A stretch of 64,000 nucleotides of DNA, taken from a bacterium (lineage in GTDB: Bacteria; RBG-13-61-14; DATKZS01). The number at the start of each line of letters is the position of its first letter. The first letter of the stretch is position 1. The notes under the pieces were generated by a model. It saw only the letters and a list, made by a program, of their open reading frames with translations, was not told the DNA's origin and did no database searches. The DNA lies in NCBI GenBank assembly GCA_963674965.2, contig CAXXFL010000002.1, forward strand, positions 512,001-576,000, written 5' to 3'. Below, piece after piece: positions 28,041 through 36,849 of the stretch. Made by a program: the position numbers and the translations under genes.

Positions 28041-29003
28041 TTACTCTAAAAAGGGCAGGGCCTGGACCTCGCGGACGCACGCGGCCCCCGCGTGGAGCAT
28101 GGCCAGCCTGTCGAGACCGACGGCCACGCCGGCACATTCGGGCAGGCCGAGCTCCGTAAGGTCGCGGAGAAATTCCAGGGGTGGAGGCGGGACCTCTCTT
28201 TCTAGGGTCCGCCTTAACTCCAGGTCGGCCTCGATGCGCCGGCGGTGCTCGGCCGGGTCCGTAAGCTCCGAGCACCCGTTGGCGATCTCGATGCCTCCCA
28301 TGTACAGCTCGAAGCGCTCGGCGGCAGGCCTCGGGCCCCGGCTGACTTTGGCGAGCAGGGCCGACCTGGCCGGAAAAGAAGTAAGGAAAGCGGCCGGGTA
28401 CGACGCCATCGCGGGATCGATATAGTCCACCACGGCGCGCTGAAAGGTCTGCCTGTACTCGAGGTCGGACAATCCCTCCCATTCATCGGCTTTCAGCCCC
28501 AGTTCGGAGGCGAGATCGAAAAAGGAAACCCGGGGGAAAGGAGTGATCAACTCGAGGCGTTGTCCGTTCAAGAAGGCCCTTCCTTCCAGCGCCTCCATGA
28601 CCACTTCCTCCACCTCGGCCATCAACTCGGTCCAGCCATATCCCGTCCGGTACCACTCGGCCATGGTGAACTCGGGGGAGTGGAGGGGCCCAAGCTCCCC
28701 CTGCCTGAAGGTCTGGCATATCTGGTATATGTCCCGCATGCCCCGGCAAAGAAGGCGCTTCATGGCGAACTCGGGCGACGAGTGCAAAAAGACGTCTTTG
28801 GGGGGAACGCTCCGCTCCATCATGGGCCGGTAGAAGGATTTGAAGACCTCGATGTCCGTGTCCGCTCCCGGTGAGGGCATGAGCGTGGAGGTGGTGACTT
28901 CCCCGTAGCCTTTTTTTTCCAGGGCCAGACGGAGCCTGGACTGGAGCTCCATTCTCTTGACGAAAAGGGAAATCTCGGGGTTTACAGGTACTCGCACTCC
29001 CAT
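28041..29003 (-). CDS. epmA: EF-P lysine aminoacylase (GenX/PoxA)
   Basis: FLHSSPEFAMKRLL, FRQGE..LHSPEFTMAEWY, ERFELYMGGIEIANG..EL, GLPECAGVAVGLDRL; LysRS catalytic domain without anticodon domain; start uncertain (29018/29003/28997). Confidence 0.88.
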   Translation of the reverse strand: MGVRVPVNPEISLFVKRMELQSRLRLALEKKGYGEVTTSTLMPSPGADTDIEVFKSFYRPMMERSVPPKDVFLHSSPEFAMKRLLCRGMRDIYQICQTFRQGELGPLHSPEFTMAEWYRTGYGWTELMAEVEEVVMEALEGRAFLNGQRLELITPFPRVSFFDLASELGLKADEWEGLSDLEYRQTFQRAVVDYIDPAMASYPAAFLTSFPARSALLAKVSRGPRPAAERFELYMGGIEIANGCSELTDPAEHRRRIEADLELRRTLEREVPPPPLEFLRDLTELGLPECAGVAVGLDRLAMLHAGAACVREVQALPFLE

Positions 29004-29524
29004 TCCCTCATGCGGCACAGGTCGTTAAGCCTCGATCTCATGACGGATGGGCCGACGCCGAAGACCTCCGCCATCCTCGCCGTTCTGGCGCGGAACTCGC
29101 TTTGGTCCATGCCCTCGATATCGGGAGCGAGACGGTTAACGACGGGGAGGGGCGTCAGCAACTCGGAGGAAAAAAAATCCGCCTCCCACTCCCTGGGGTT
29201 TTTGGCGGGGGGGCAGAATATACTGAAGGACTGGCTGGCCAGGCATTGAAACTCCTCGTCCTCGTGGAGAAAGGCGTGGCCGATCTCGTGTCCGATGACG
29301 AAGCGGTTAACGCTCGCGGGGGACCCGGTCCTGTACCTGATAAGGTTCTGGTTTCCCTTTTTAAGGAGTTCGCCGTTGAACCCCCTGGGAAGGTCTCCGG
29401 GCATAAGCTCGAATTGAGGGAACCTTTCCAGGAAGTCCATCAATGAAAACGGCGGATCTCGAAAGCCGGTCCGTTTATGGATGAAGGTCACGATCGAGAT
29501 AATCTCATTTTCTCGGTCGGGCAT
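28982..29524 (-). CDS. ImmA/IrrE family metallo-endopeptidase
   Basis: RFVIGHEIGHAFLH (HExxH) and EWEADFFSSELLTP; C-terminal AEVFGV..MRSRL. Confidence 0.88.
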   Translation of the reverse strand: MPDRENEIISIVTFIHKRTGFRDPPFSLMDFLERFPQFELMPGDLPRGFNGELLKKGNQNLIRYRTGSPASVNRFVIGHEIGHAFLHEDEEFQCLASQSFSIFCPPAKNPREWEADFFSSELLTPLPVVNRLAPDIEGMDQSEFRARTARMAEVFGVGPSVMRSRLNDLCRMREWECEYL

Positions 29525-29954
29525 TCTCCTCGAACCTCAGGTAGCGGTAATAGTCGAGAATTTTTCTCATCCGCTTTTTATCCGCGTAGCAGTCCTTCAT
29601 CATGATGATGAAATCGTCCCCGTCGGGCGCCTTGGCGTCCCTGAGGTATCCGCCCGCCACGTCTACCAGTTCATCCTTGCTCATGCCCTTGGTGGTCTTG
29701 GCCGCCACCCTCTTGACCTGGCCCGGCTGGGGAGGCGTAAGGGTGTCGGCGCCGGTCAGAAGCCACTCTATGCTTCTGCCGGAAAACTGCCCGATCCGGA
29801 GCAGGATGCGGGGGGAGGGCGTCTCCTTGTCAGCCTCGTAACGGCTGATCATCGCCTGCTTGATGCGAAGGATGTCCGCGAATTCCGATTGGGTCAGGTC
29901 TCCCCTGAGCTGCCTGATCCTGCCGCCTAAACTTTTCGGTTCCTTTTTTTTCAT
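29505..29954 (-). CDS. XRE family HTH transcriptional regulator
   Basis: GGRIRQLRGDLTQSEFADILRIKQAMISRYEADKETPS...IEWLLTG. Confidence 0.9.
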   Translation of the reverse strand: MKKKEPKSLGGRIRQLRGDLTQSEFADILRIKQAMISRYEADKETPSPRILLRIGQFSGRSIEWLLTGADTLTPPQPGQVKRVAAKTTKGMSKDELVDVAGGYLRDAKAPDGDDFIIMMKDCYADKKRMRKILDYYRYLRFEENARPRK

Positions 29955-30715
29955 GGCCTTTCCTCACGTAAAATTTTTTTGCCGCTTCAAATACCGGCCC
30001 GATTGAGCGGAAACGCCTTGTAACCTCGCCGGGTTTTAACTTGCTCTTTTTCGCCGCGGTGGCTTGGATACTATTTAAGTAAATTCAACTCACCCTTCCA
30101 AGTATAACAGTATTCGTCTTATCTTGCAAGGACCGCTATATATATTCTTTGCACATGAAGCATAAAATTGCAAGTCAAAATTCAAAAAAAGATAAATTCA
30201 TTTTCCGGACATTTTGGCGCTAAAGGATAATTGCTCAAAACAAGGGCGGTCTCAGGGGGAAAAAGCATAACGTTTCGACCCGGAAAGAATATGGAAAGCG
30301 CTATTTTTATGAATGGTTATAAAGCAAGGGAAAATTTATTTCATCGGCAGCCAATCGGTGGACCAGATCAAACGTCGGCCTATAATACCGTCGGCCGGCT
30401 TATGACAACGAAAAATTATATCCCATAGCGCGATTGGAAATATTCATTTTTAAAATGATTGGGGATGGGGCCATCTTGAGTGACGCCCTCTTTTTTTTTA
30501 CGGACAGTAAATAACGGCAAGTCGAAAGATTACAATATTAGGCAATGTCTGACGGTATTACCGCGCGGTATGTACCAAAAATGAGAAAGCATCGCCCGCC
30601 GGACGAAACTGGAAGTATAAGAACAAGCGAAGCGTGGCAGGAGGCTTTGCAACCGATTTGATTTAAAAGCTAAAATGAAATATTACTTTGGTATGCGATT
30701 TCAAGGAGCAAACCA

Positions 30716-31564
30716 ATGAATTGGTGTCCCTTTTGCGGCAGGAACGTCAACCAGGGGGCGAGGGTATGCCCTCATTGCAAAAGAGACCTGGGCTCCATTT
30801 TCAATCCGGGAGGCGGGACCTCCGGGGCGGACGCCCCTTTCGCGCCACCGGACTCAAGGGAGACGCCTCAAGTGCGGACCGATCCCGCCGCTCCCTTTCC
30901 ACCTCCGCCGCCTCCCCCGAGGCCGCAGACGCTTAACTCCGCTTTTCCCGCCGGCTTCGCGCAAAATCATTTGGCCCCTCCCCCGGCCAAGAACGAGACC
31001 CTGGCCATGGTCTCGCTTATCCTGGGGATTCTGGGGTTCTGCACTTACGTCACTGGAGCCATAGCCATCATTACCGGCCTTATGGCCCTTTCCAGGATTA
31101 AAAACTCGGATGGGCGCCTTTTGGGCCGCGGTTTCGCCATAGCCGGCGTCTCCTGCGGGTCCATTTCGTTCCTTCTTTATACCGCTGGAGTGATCGCAAG
31201 TCTCGCCGTTCCCCAATACCTTCATCATAAGTTCAACGCCGCCGAGCGGGAGGCGGCGGGCAATCTCCAGGAGATATACGAGGAGCAGGCGCACTTCGAG
31301 GTCATGAACGGAAGGTACGCCAATTCCTTTACCGAGTTGGACTGGTACCCGGAAGGGTCCACCAGGTACGCCTATTTCCTGGTTACCGAACAGTTCCAGC
31401 CCGACTCGGGGGGACCCTACGAGCTTCCCTGGGACGTGGACACCTACGCCCGTGACAAGGCCTTCAGGGCGGTGGCGGTGGCCAATCTGGACGACGACCC
31501 CGACTTGGACGTTTGGATCGTGGACGAGGAGGGGGTCCCCAAGCACATCGACGTCGACCAGTAG
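30716..31564 (+). CDS. Zinc-ribbon, Pro-rich, DUF4190 and type IV pilin-like head domain protein
   Basis: CPFC..CPHC; PPPPPP; LAMVSLILGIL..GLMALSRIK..GRGFAIAG (DUF4190); LAVPQY..EAAGNLQEIY..RYAY..AVANLDDDPDLDVWIVD. Confidence 0.75.
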   Translation: MNWCPFCGRNVNQGARVCPHCKRDLGSIFNPGGGTSGADAPFAPPDSRETPQVRTDPAAPFPPPPPPPRPQTLNSAFPAGFAQNHLAPPPAKNETLAMVSLILGILGFCTYVTGAIAIITGLMALSRIKNSDGRLLGRGFAIAGVSCGSISFLLYTAGVIASLAVPQYLHHKFNAAEREAAGNLQEIYEEQAHFEVMNGRYANSFTELDWYPEGSTRYAYFLVTEQFQPDSGGPYELPWDVDTYARDKAFRAVAVANLDDDPDLDVWIVDEEGVPKHIDVDQ

Positions 31565-31570
31565 GATATC

Positions 31571-32746
31571 ATGTCATATATATCATCAGACGATTGGGAA
31601 AAATGTACCGAGTGCGGAGAATGCCTCGCGCGTTGCCCCGTTCTGAATCTGGACGGGGCGGAGGCCTCCAGACAGATAGGTCTTCTCCGGAAAGGCGAGC
31701 CGGCCCCCCTGGTGTTCGATTCCTGCGCCTTGTGTTTCAACTGCAACGTCTATTGCCCGGAGGGCCTTCATCCACACGAGCTTATCCTCGAGCGTCTCTC
31801 CGAGAGGGATGACCATGGAAAAGACCTGCCCGCCATGGTCCCGTACTTTTTCAACGGCCTGCCGGGCAAAAACCTTTTTCAGGATCTTTACCTGGGTTTA
31901 TCGAAAAAGGAGCGGGCCATCATCGAGCGCTGGTCGGACCCGCCCTCGGCAAAGGACGTCCTTTTCATCGGCTGCGTGGGCAAGCTCTTTTGCGAGGACC
32001 TCGAGAGGTCGAGGGTGCTCGAGTCCCTGCCCAAGTTCGGGCCCGTCGACGTCTGCTGCGGCGAGCTTCCTTACCGCTCGGGAAGATGGAAAGAATACGC
32101 CCGAGTGGCCGAGCGCGCCATCGCTCGGCTGAGCGAGGTCCAGGCCGAGAGGATCGTCTGTTACTGTGGGTCTTGCAATACCTTTCTGGGAAAAATCATG
32201 CCGCGCGTTTACGGAAAGAGTCTTCCCTTCAAGTTTGTTTCTTTATACGAGTGGCTCCTGGAAAGACACGAGGCCGGTCTGATCGAACTGAAGCGCCCGC
32301 TTCACTTCAAGGCCGCGGTCCATGAGTCATGCTACGCCACTGAACTTGGCCCCGAGTTTGCCTCGGCCCTCAGAAAAATCTACCGGGCCGCCGGGATGGA
32401 AACGGTCGAACTCGAGCGGTCGGGAGACCTCAATACCTCGTGCGGGGCGGCCGGCGTGGCCAGGAGGTGGAGCGTGCTGGACGTGACGAGGGCCCAAAAC
32501 TTAAAGTACGCCGAGGTTAAGCGCTCGGGCGTCTCCGAGATGGCCCTCAATTGCCCCGGTTGTTACCTGACCATGGCGAGCACAGCCTGGATGAAGGGCG
32601 TCAAGCTGAGGTATATGCCCGAGCATCTGCTGAGGGCCTTTGGAGACGACGTTAAAAAGCCGGCCTCCAAGCTGGTCGGGCCCTTTGCCTGGACCCTCCT
32701 GAAAAACGTTCCCCTTGCCTTTAAGAAGGCGAGCCTCGATCCATAA
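31571..32746 (+). CDS. Fe-S oxidoreductase with CCG domains (HdrD/GlpC-like)
   Basis: CTECGECLARCP, CALCFNCNVYCP, VCCG..CGSC, HESC..SCG..CPGC. Confidence 0.8.
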   Translation: MSYISSDDWEKCTECGECLARCPVLNLDGAEASRQIGLLRKGEPAPLVFDSCALCFNCNVYCPEGLHPHELILERLSERDDHGKDLPAMVPYFFNGLPGKNLFQDLYLGLSKKERAIIERWSDPPSAKDVLFIGCVGKLFCEDLERSRVLESLPKFGPVDVCCGELPYRSGRWKEYARVAERAIARLSEVQAERIVCYCGSCNTFLGKIMPRVYGKSLPFKFVSLYEWLLERHEAGLIELKRPLHFKAAVHESCYATELGPEFASALRKIYRAAGMETVELERSGDLNTSCGAAGVARRWSVLDVTRAQNLKYAEVKRSGVSEMALNCPGCYLTMASTAWMKGVKLRYMPEHLLRAFGDDVKKPASKLVGPFAWTLLKNVPLAFKKASLDP

Positions 32747-32771
32747 GGGACCCGCCGGGACCGGTCGTCGC

Positions 32772-33500
32772 ATGAATAAAACCAAGTGGAAGCCCCTGGA
32801 AGAGATCGAGTTCCTCTTGAAGGGCCGCGAAAAAATCGCCGTTATAAGTTGCGGCACCTGCGCGAACCTGAGCGGGACCGGCGGGATCGGCGGCATGCGC
32901 GAGTTCGAGCGCGCGCTGAAGAAGTGGCGAAAGAAGACGACCCTGGCGAGGTGCGTCGTGGCCTGCTGTCCCGAGGCTATCATGGAACAAACCATGGTGG
33001 CTTATAGCCGCGAAATAGGGGCAAGCGACGCGATGGTTATTTTAAGCTGCGCCGCGGGAGTGAAAGCAGCCAACCTTTGCCGCCCGCCCGTTCCCGTGAT
33101 AAGCGTTCTCGATCCCGCGGGAAGCGTGGCGGTCACGGACAAGGATGGACCACTGGCCGAGAGCGAGTGCAAAGTCTGCGGCCAATGCGTTATTTCCCTG
33201 ACCGGTGGGATATGTCCCATCGGCGCCTGTCCGGCGAAATCGAAATACGGTCCCTGCAGGAGGGCCGAGGAAGGGGACGGCGCCTGCGCGCTGGACCCGG
33301 GGCGCCCTTGTATTTGGAAGATCATCGGGGCCGAGGCGGACCTCGCGGGTCTGGCCGAATTGAAAAAACTGCATGAAAAAAACCTGGAGCGCCCCTCGCC
33401 GGTGAAGGTTCCCGCCGCGCCTTCCGTTCTTGGCTGGACCTCGACCTGGCTGGCGGCCAGGCTGGAGTGGCTGGAGATGGTAATCAGGTCAATTAAATGA
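32772..33500 (+). CDS. Methylenetetrahydrofolate reductase C-terminal domain (MetV-like) protein
   Basis: ISCGTCANLSGTGG, LSCAAGV, CKVCGQCVISLTGGICPIGACP.KSKYGPC..C..CIW. Confidence 0.75.
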   Translation: MNKTKWKPLEEIEFLLKGREKIAVISCGTCANLSGTGGIGGMREFERALKKWRKKTTLARCVVACCPEAIMEQTMVAYSREIGASDAMVILSCAAGVKAANLCRPPVPVISVLDPAGSVAVTDKDGPLAESECKVCGQCVISLTGGICPIGACPAKSKYGPCRRAEEGDGACALDPGRPCIWKIIGAEADLAGLAELKKLHEKNLERPSPVKVPAAPSVLGWTSTWLAARLEWLEMVIRSIK

Positions 33501-33558
33501 TCGACTCGATACGCGGACGGACCCCTCGAAAAATATCCGGAAGCTCATCCGCCCCCGC

Positions 33559-34737
33559 TTACTCGTCGATATAGCCGCCGTCATCGTAAGGCGCGTCCTC
33601 GAAGGAGGCGCCATCGTCGACCATGTGGTCCTCAATGTACCCGCCGCCTTCGTCCATGTATTCGCCGTCGCCAACCGGGGCGTCCTCGTAGTAATCCTCG
33701 CCTTCCGGGTCGTATTGCTCGTCGTCCACGTAGCTACCCCCGTCGATCGGTTCCACGTAGCCGTCATCGACGTAATCTTCCGCTTCATCCTGGGGCAGGG
33801 TGGACGAGTCCAGCGGCCCCATGTCGGGAGCGGGTTTTGTATCTTTTTCCCTTCTCTTCAAGGGATCGATAAAATCGTCGGCCGGTCGAGCCCCCGGTTC
33901 GGGTTTGGATTCCGGCTCCGGTTCCGGTTTATTTTCCTCGGGGACTTCCTCGGGCGGCTCGATGGGGACCGGGATTGAATCCTTGAATTTCTCGATCGCC
34001 GCCATGGAGGAGTTTCCCACGGAGTCGGCCAATTCTATTTCATTCCTTCCCTTGTCAAGGCTGGAGACGTCCCCCGTCTGAAGGTATTTCCTCAAATGGT
34101 TGTAGCCAAGGCGTTTCTTGGCCAGGGAGTTCGACAGCTTCAAATGCTCCTCGCGAAGAGGGGAGGGCGGGCGGATGGCCCGGATTTTATTGGTGATGGT
34201 CATCATGTTCCTGATGTCCTGGGTCATCTCCGGGAGTTTGCTTGTATCGTTTTCCTCCCTTATGGAGTCCATGTTGGAGCAGAGGACTTCGGCCTCGCCG
34301 AGAAGATCGACTATCTGGTCGTAGTATTGAATCATCTCCTCGTAGGTGACGGCCGCGTCGGGCGTCGAGGTATTGTCGTCCCCAGCCGGGTGACCTCTTC
34401 TCCCTATACGGCGGGGGACCCTGCCCCCGTTTTTATCCTGGTCGATATCTTTATCTCGAACGGCCCCGGCCAACGCGCCGGCTGGGCTTGGCTCCTCCTC
34501 GGCCAGTTCCCGCGCTTCCGAGTCGCTTGTGGGCTTGGGTGCTTTTTGGCCGGTCAGCGTCGCGGCGGCAAGACCTAAGGAAAGAAGCAGAACAAGTATC
34601 AAAGCCGCCGCCGGATGCTTGTACTTGGGGAAGTGGCCGGCGCGATTCCTTTTTCCCGTGACCAGCATTGATGAGCAACGGGGACAGGATTTGGCGTCGT
34701 CCTCGATTTCAACGTGGCAGTATGGACAATTAATCAT
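33559..34737 (-). CDS. Zinc-ribbon membrane protein with Pro-rich and Asp/Tyr/Gly-rich tail
   Basis: CPYC..CPRC, single TM, helical domain, PEPE region, DDGGY-like repeats. Confidence 0.7.
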   Translation of the reverse strand: MINCPYCHVEIEDDAKSCPRCSSMLVTGKRNRAGHFPKYKHPAAALILVLLLSLGLAAATLTGQKAPKPTSDSEARELAEEEPSPAGALAGAVRDKDIDQDKNGGRVPRRIGRRGHPAGDDNTSTPDAAVTYEEMIQYYDQIVDLLGEAEVLCSNMDSIREENDTSKLPEMTQDIRNMMTITNKIRAIRPPSPLREEHLKLSNSLAKKRLGYNHLRKYLQTGDVSSLDKGRNEIELADSVGNSSMAAIEKFKDSIPVPIEPPEEVPEENKPEPEPESKPEPGARPADDFIDPLKRREKDTKPAPDMGPLDSSTLPQDEAEDYVDDGYVEPIDGGSYVDDEQYDPEGEDYYEDAPVGDGEYMDEGGGYIEDHMVDDGASFEDAPYDDGGYIDE

Positions 34738-34878
34738 TCGACACCTCGCTCTTGTAAAGCATCAGTTTAATCTCCCATGTCGGTTTAGACTCGCGGGCGA
34801 CAAAATTGTGCCCCTGTCTCCCGGCATTGTCACCATTATAATACCAACGGGACAAGGAAGAAACGGTTTTATCGCTCC

Positions 34879-34915
34879 AAAGCAAACCGCCGGCCGGGAT
34901 TCTTCCCGCCGGCGG
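34879..34915 (-). terminator. Probable intrinsic terminator of the minus-strand Fe-S gene
   Basis: CCGCCGGC/GCCGGCGG stem followed on the minus strand by TTTGCTTT. Confidence 0.5.
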
Positions 34916-34938
34916 CCGCCGTCTCGCCTAGCCTATCT

Positions 34939-35931
34939 TTACGCGGGGATGAACCCGGGCTCGCGGGCCTCGACCATGGCTATGGCGCCCTCCGGGCAGC
35001 CTATCTCGCACTGGCCGCAGCCGAGGCATTTTTCCGCCTTGACCTTCGCCTTGCCGTCCTCCACCGCGATGGCGCCGAACCAGCACCTTTCCTCGCACGT
35101 CCCGCAGGCGTTGCATAATTCCTCGTCCACCTCCGGTTTATAACGGCTCGGGTCGCAAAGGGGAAGGCCGTCCGCGATGAGCAAGGTAAACGATTGGCAA
35201 CAGCAGCCGCAGCAGTTGCAGATGAAGTGGCCCATGTCGGCCTTGTTCATGACCACGTGCACCAGGCCGGCCTCCTCGGTTTGCTCGATTATACGGTAGG
35301 CCTCCTCCTTGCTCACCTCCCGTCCCGAGCCCCGGTCGATGGTGTAGTCAGCGCCCTTGTTTATCTGGAGGCAGACCTCGACCGGCGCGTCGCACTTGTG
35401 CATGGAGGTCCGACAGGTGCACTTGGTCACGGCTATGCGGGAGGCCTTGTCCACCACTTCACGGATGCTGTCCGGCGCCAGCACCTTTGCCTTGCCCGCG
35501 TCCAGGCTTTTGCCCACCGGGATGACGCGGGTAAAGGGGCGGGGCATAAGCTTGGTCAGGACGGGCGCCAGTTTAGGCCATTCCTCATCCATGTAATTTT
35601 CCCACAGGTCGTAGAACTCCCGGGTCGCCTCGGGCCAGACCAGGGTCGCGTCATGGAACTGGGCCAGGTGCATGGGCGAGCGCCAGCTCACCTCGCCGCC
35701 CTTTTCCTTCTTGAAGGTCAGGCCCTTGTGGTACATGTCCTTCAGGTCGGCGTCGACCTGGGACTCGTCCCTTCCCAGCTTCTGGGCCATTTGTTTGGCC
35801 GTCCCGGGAAGTGACAAGAGGAGCTCGGCCTGCTCCTCATTGATAAGGCTTTTCAATATTTCCGGGATCCACTTGGAATCCTTATGGAACATCTTTTCCG
35901 CGAACTTCCGGTAAGGTGATATATCCGCCAT
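34939..35931 (-). CDS. 4Fe-4S dicluster domain protein
   Basis: CTCR, ICNCCGCCC, CNACGTCEERCW, CLGCGQCEIGCP; N-terminal HTH-like segment. Confidence 0.85.
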   Translation of the reverse strand: MADISPYRKFAEKMFHKDSKWIPEILKSLINEEQAELLLSLPGTAKQMAQKLGRDESQVDADLKDMYHKGLTFKKEKGGEVSWRSPMHLAQFHDATLVWPEATREFYDLWENYMDEEWPKLAPVLTKLMPRPFTRVIPVGKSLDAGKAKVLAPDSIREVVDKASRIAVTKCTCRTSMHKCDAPVEVCLQINKGADYTIDRGSGREVSKEEAYRIIEQTEEAGLVHVVMNKADMGHFICNCCGCCCQSFTLLIADGLPLCDPSRYKPEVDEELCNACGTCEERCWFGAIAVEDGKAKVKAEKCLGCGQCEIGCPEGAIAMVEAREPGFIPA

Positions 35932-36030
35932 GGTTTGCGCCTCCCTATTAATAGTTTCCTTTCAGACGGCCGGACGTTTCCGGCTATCGGCGTCCAGACT
36001 ATAACATACGTTAAAGGAAATCAAAGCGAG

Positions 36031-36795
36031 CTATGTCCTTTTCAGCGACGTGGCAAGCTGAGCTATACACATGGCCTGGTTCCTGTCCTCCAGTCTCATG
36101 GCGTCCTCCAGGCTCATGGCCCCCGCGTTTCGGTCCAGGGCCTCCTTGGTCAGGCGAAGACCGAGGGGGGACTTGCCCGCCATGTTAACCGCCATCTCCT
36201 TGGCCGTCTCGATAAGGGAATCCAAAGAGATGACGCCCTGCACGAAGCCGATACGCAAGGCCTCCTCAGCGGAGAAGAAGTCGCCGGTCAAAAGATAACG
36301 GGCCGCGTTGCCCAGACCGACGGCCCGCGTGAAAAGCCACGAGCTGCCCATGTCCGCTCCTCCCGTGCCGATGTTGATGTAGGCCGCGCTGAACCTGGCC
36401 TCGGGCGACGCCAGCCTCACGTCGCAGGCCATGGCGACCGAGAGTCCGGCCCCCACCGCCGCTCCGTTTATGGCGCCGACGATCGGCTGGGGGCAGCGTC
36501 TCATGAAGAAGATCACGTCCGAGAAAAGCCGCTGAAGCTCGTAGGCCGACTTGGGCGTGAAGTCGTTGTCGTCCCGCGTGATGGACGAGTCCTTGAGGTC
36601 CAGGCCGGAGCAGAAACCCTTGCCCGCGCCCGTTATCACGATCACCCTGGTCGCCTCGTCGGTCAGACGCTCGATAAAGAACCGCCGCAGCTCGTCGCGC
36701 ATGGCGTAGTTCATGGCGTTCATCCGCTCGGGACGGTTCAGCGTCAATATGCCGATGGGCCCCTCGTTCCTGTAAATAAAAGTTTCGTAAGTCAT
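36031..36795 (-). CDS. Enoyl-CoA hydratase/isomerase family protein
   Basis: LTLNRPERMNA, ITGAGKGFCSGLDL, AINGAAVGAG..ACDVR; ATG 36795 after AAGGAG. Confidence 0.9.
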   Translation of the reverse strand: MTYETFIYRNEGPIGILTLNRPERMNAMNYAMRDELRRFFIERLTDEATRVIVITGAGKGFCSGLDLKDSSITRDDNDFTPKSAYELQRLFSDVIFFMRRCPQPIVGAINGAAVGAGLSVAMACDVRLASPEARFSAAYINIGTGGADMGSSWLFTRAVGLGNAARYLLTGDFFSAEEALRIGFVQGVISLDSLIETAKEMAVNMAGKSPLGLRLTKEALDRNAGAMSLEDAMRLEDRNQAMCIAQLATSLKRT

Positions 36796-36849
36796 GGCGT
36801 CTCCTTTTCCGTTTTTCTTCAATCGCGGCGCGTTCTTCATTCCCCCGTT

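Noticed and set aside
30505-30580. c-di-GMP-I riboswitch (GGCAA..GAAA)
   Set aside because: Lacks the GACGCAAA receptor segment and second stem.
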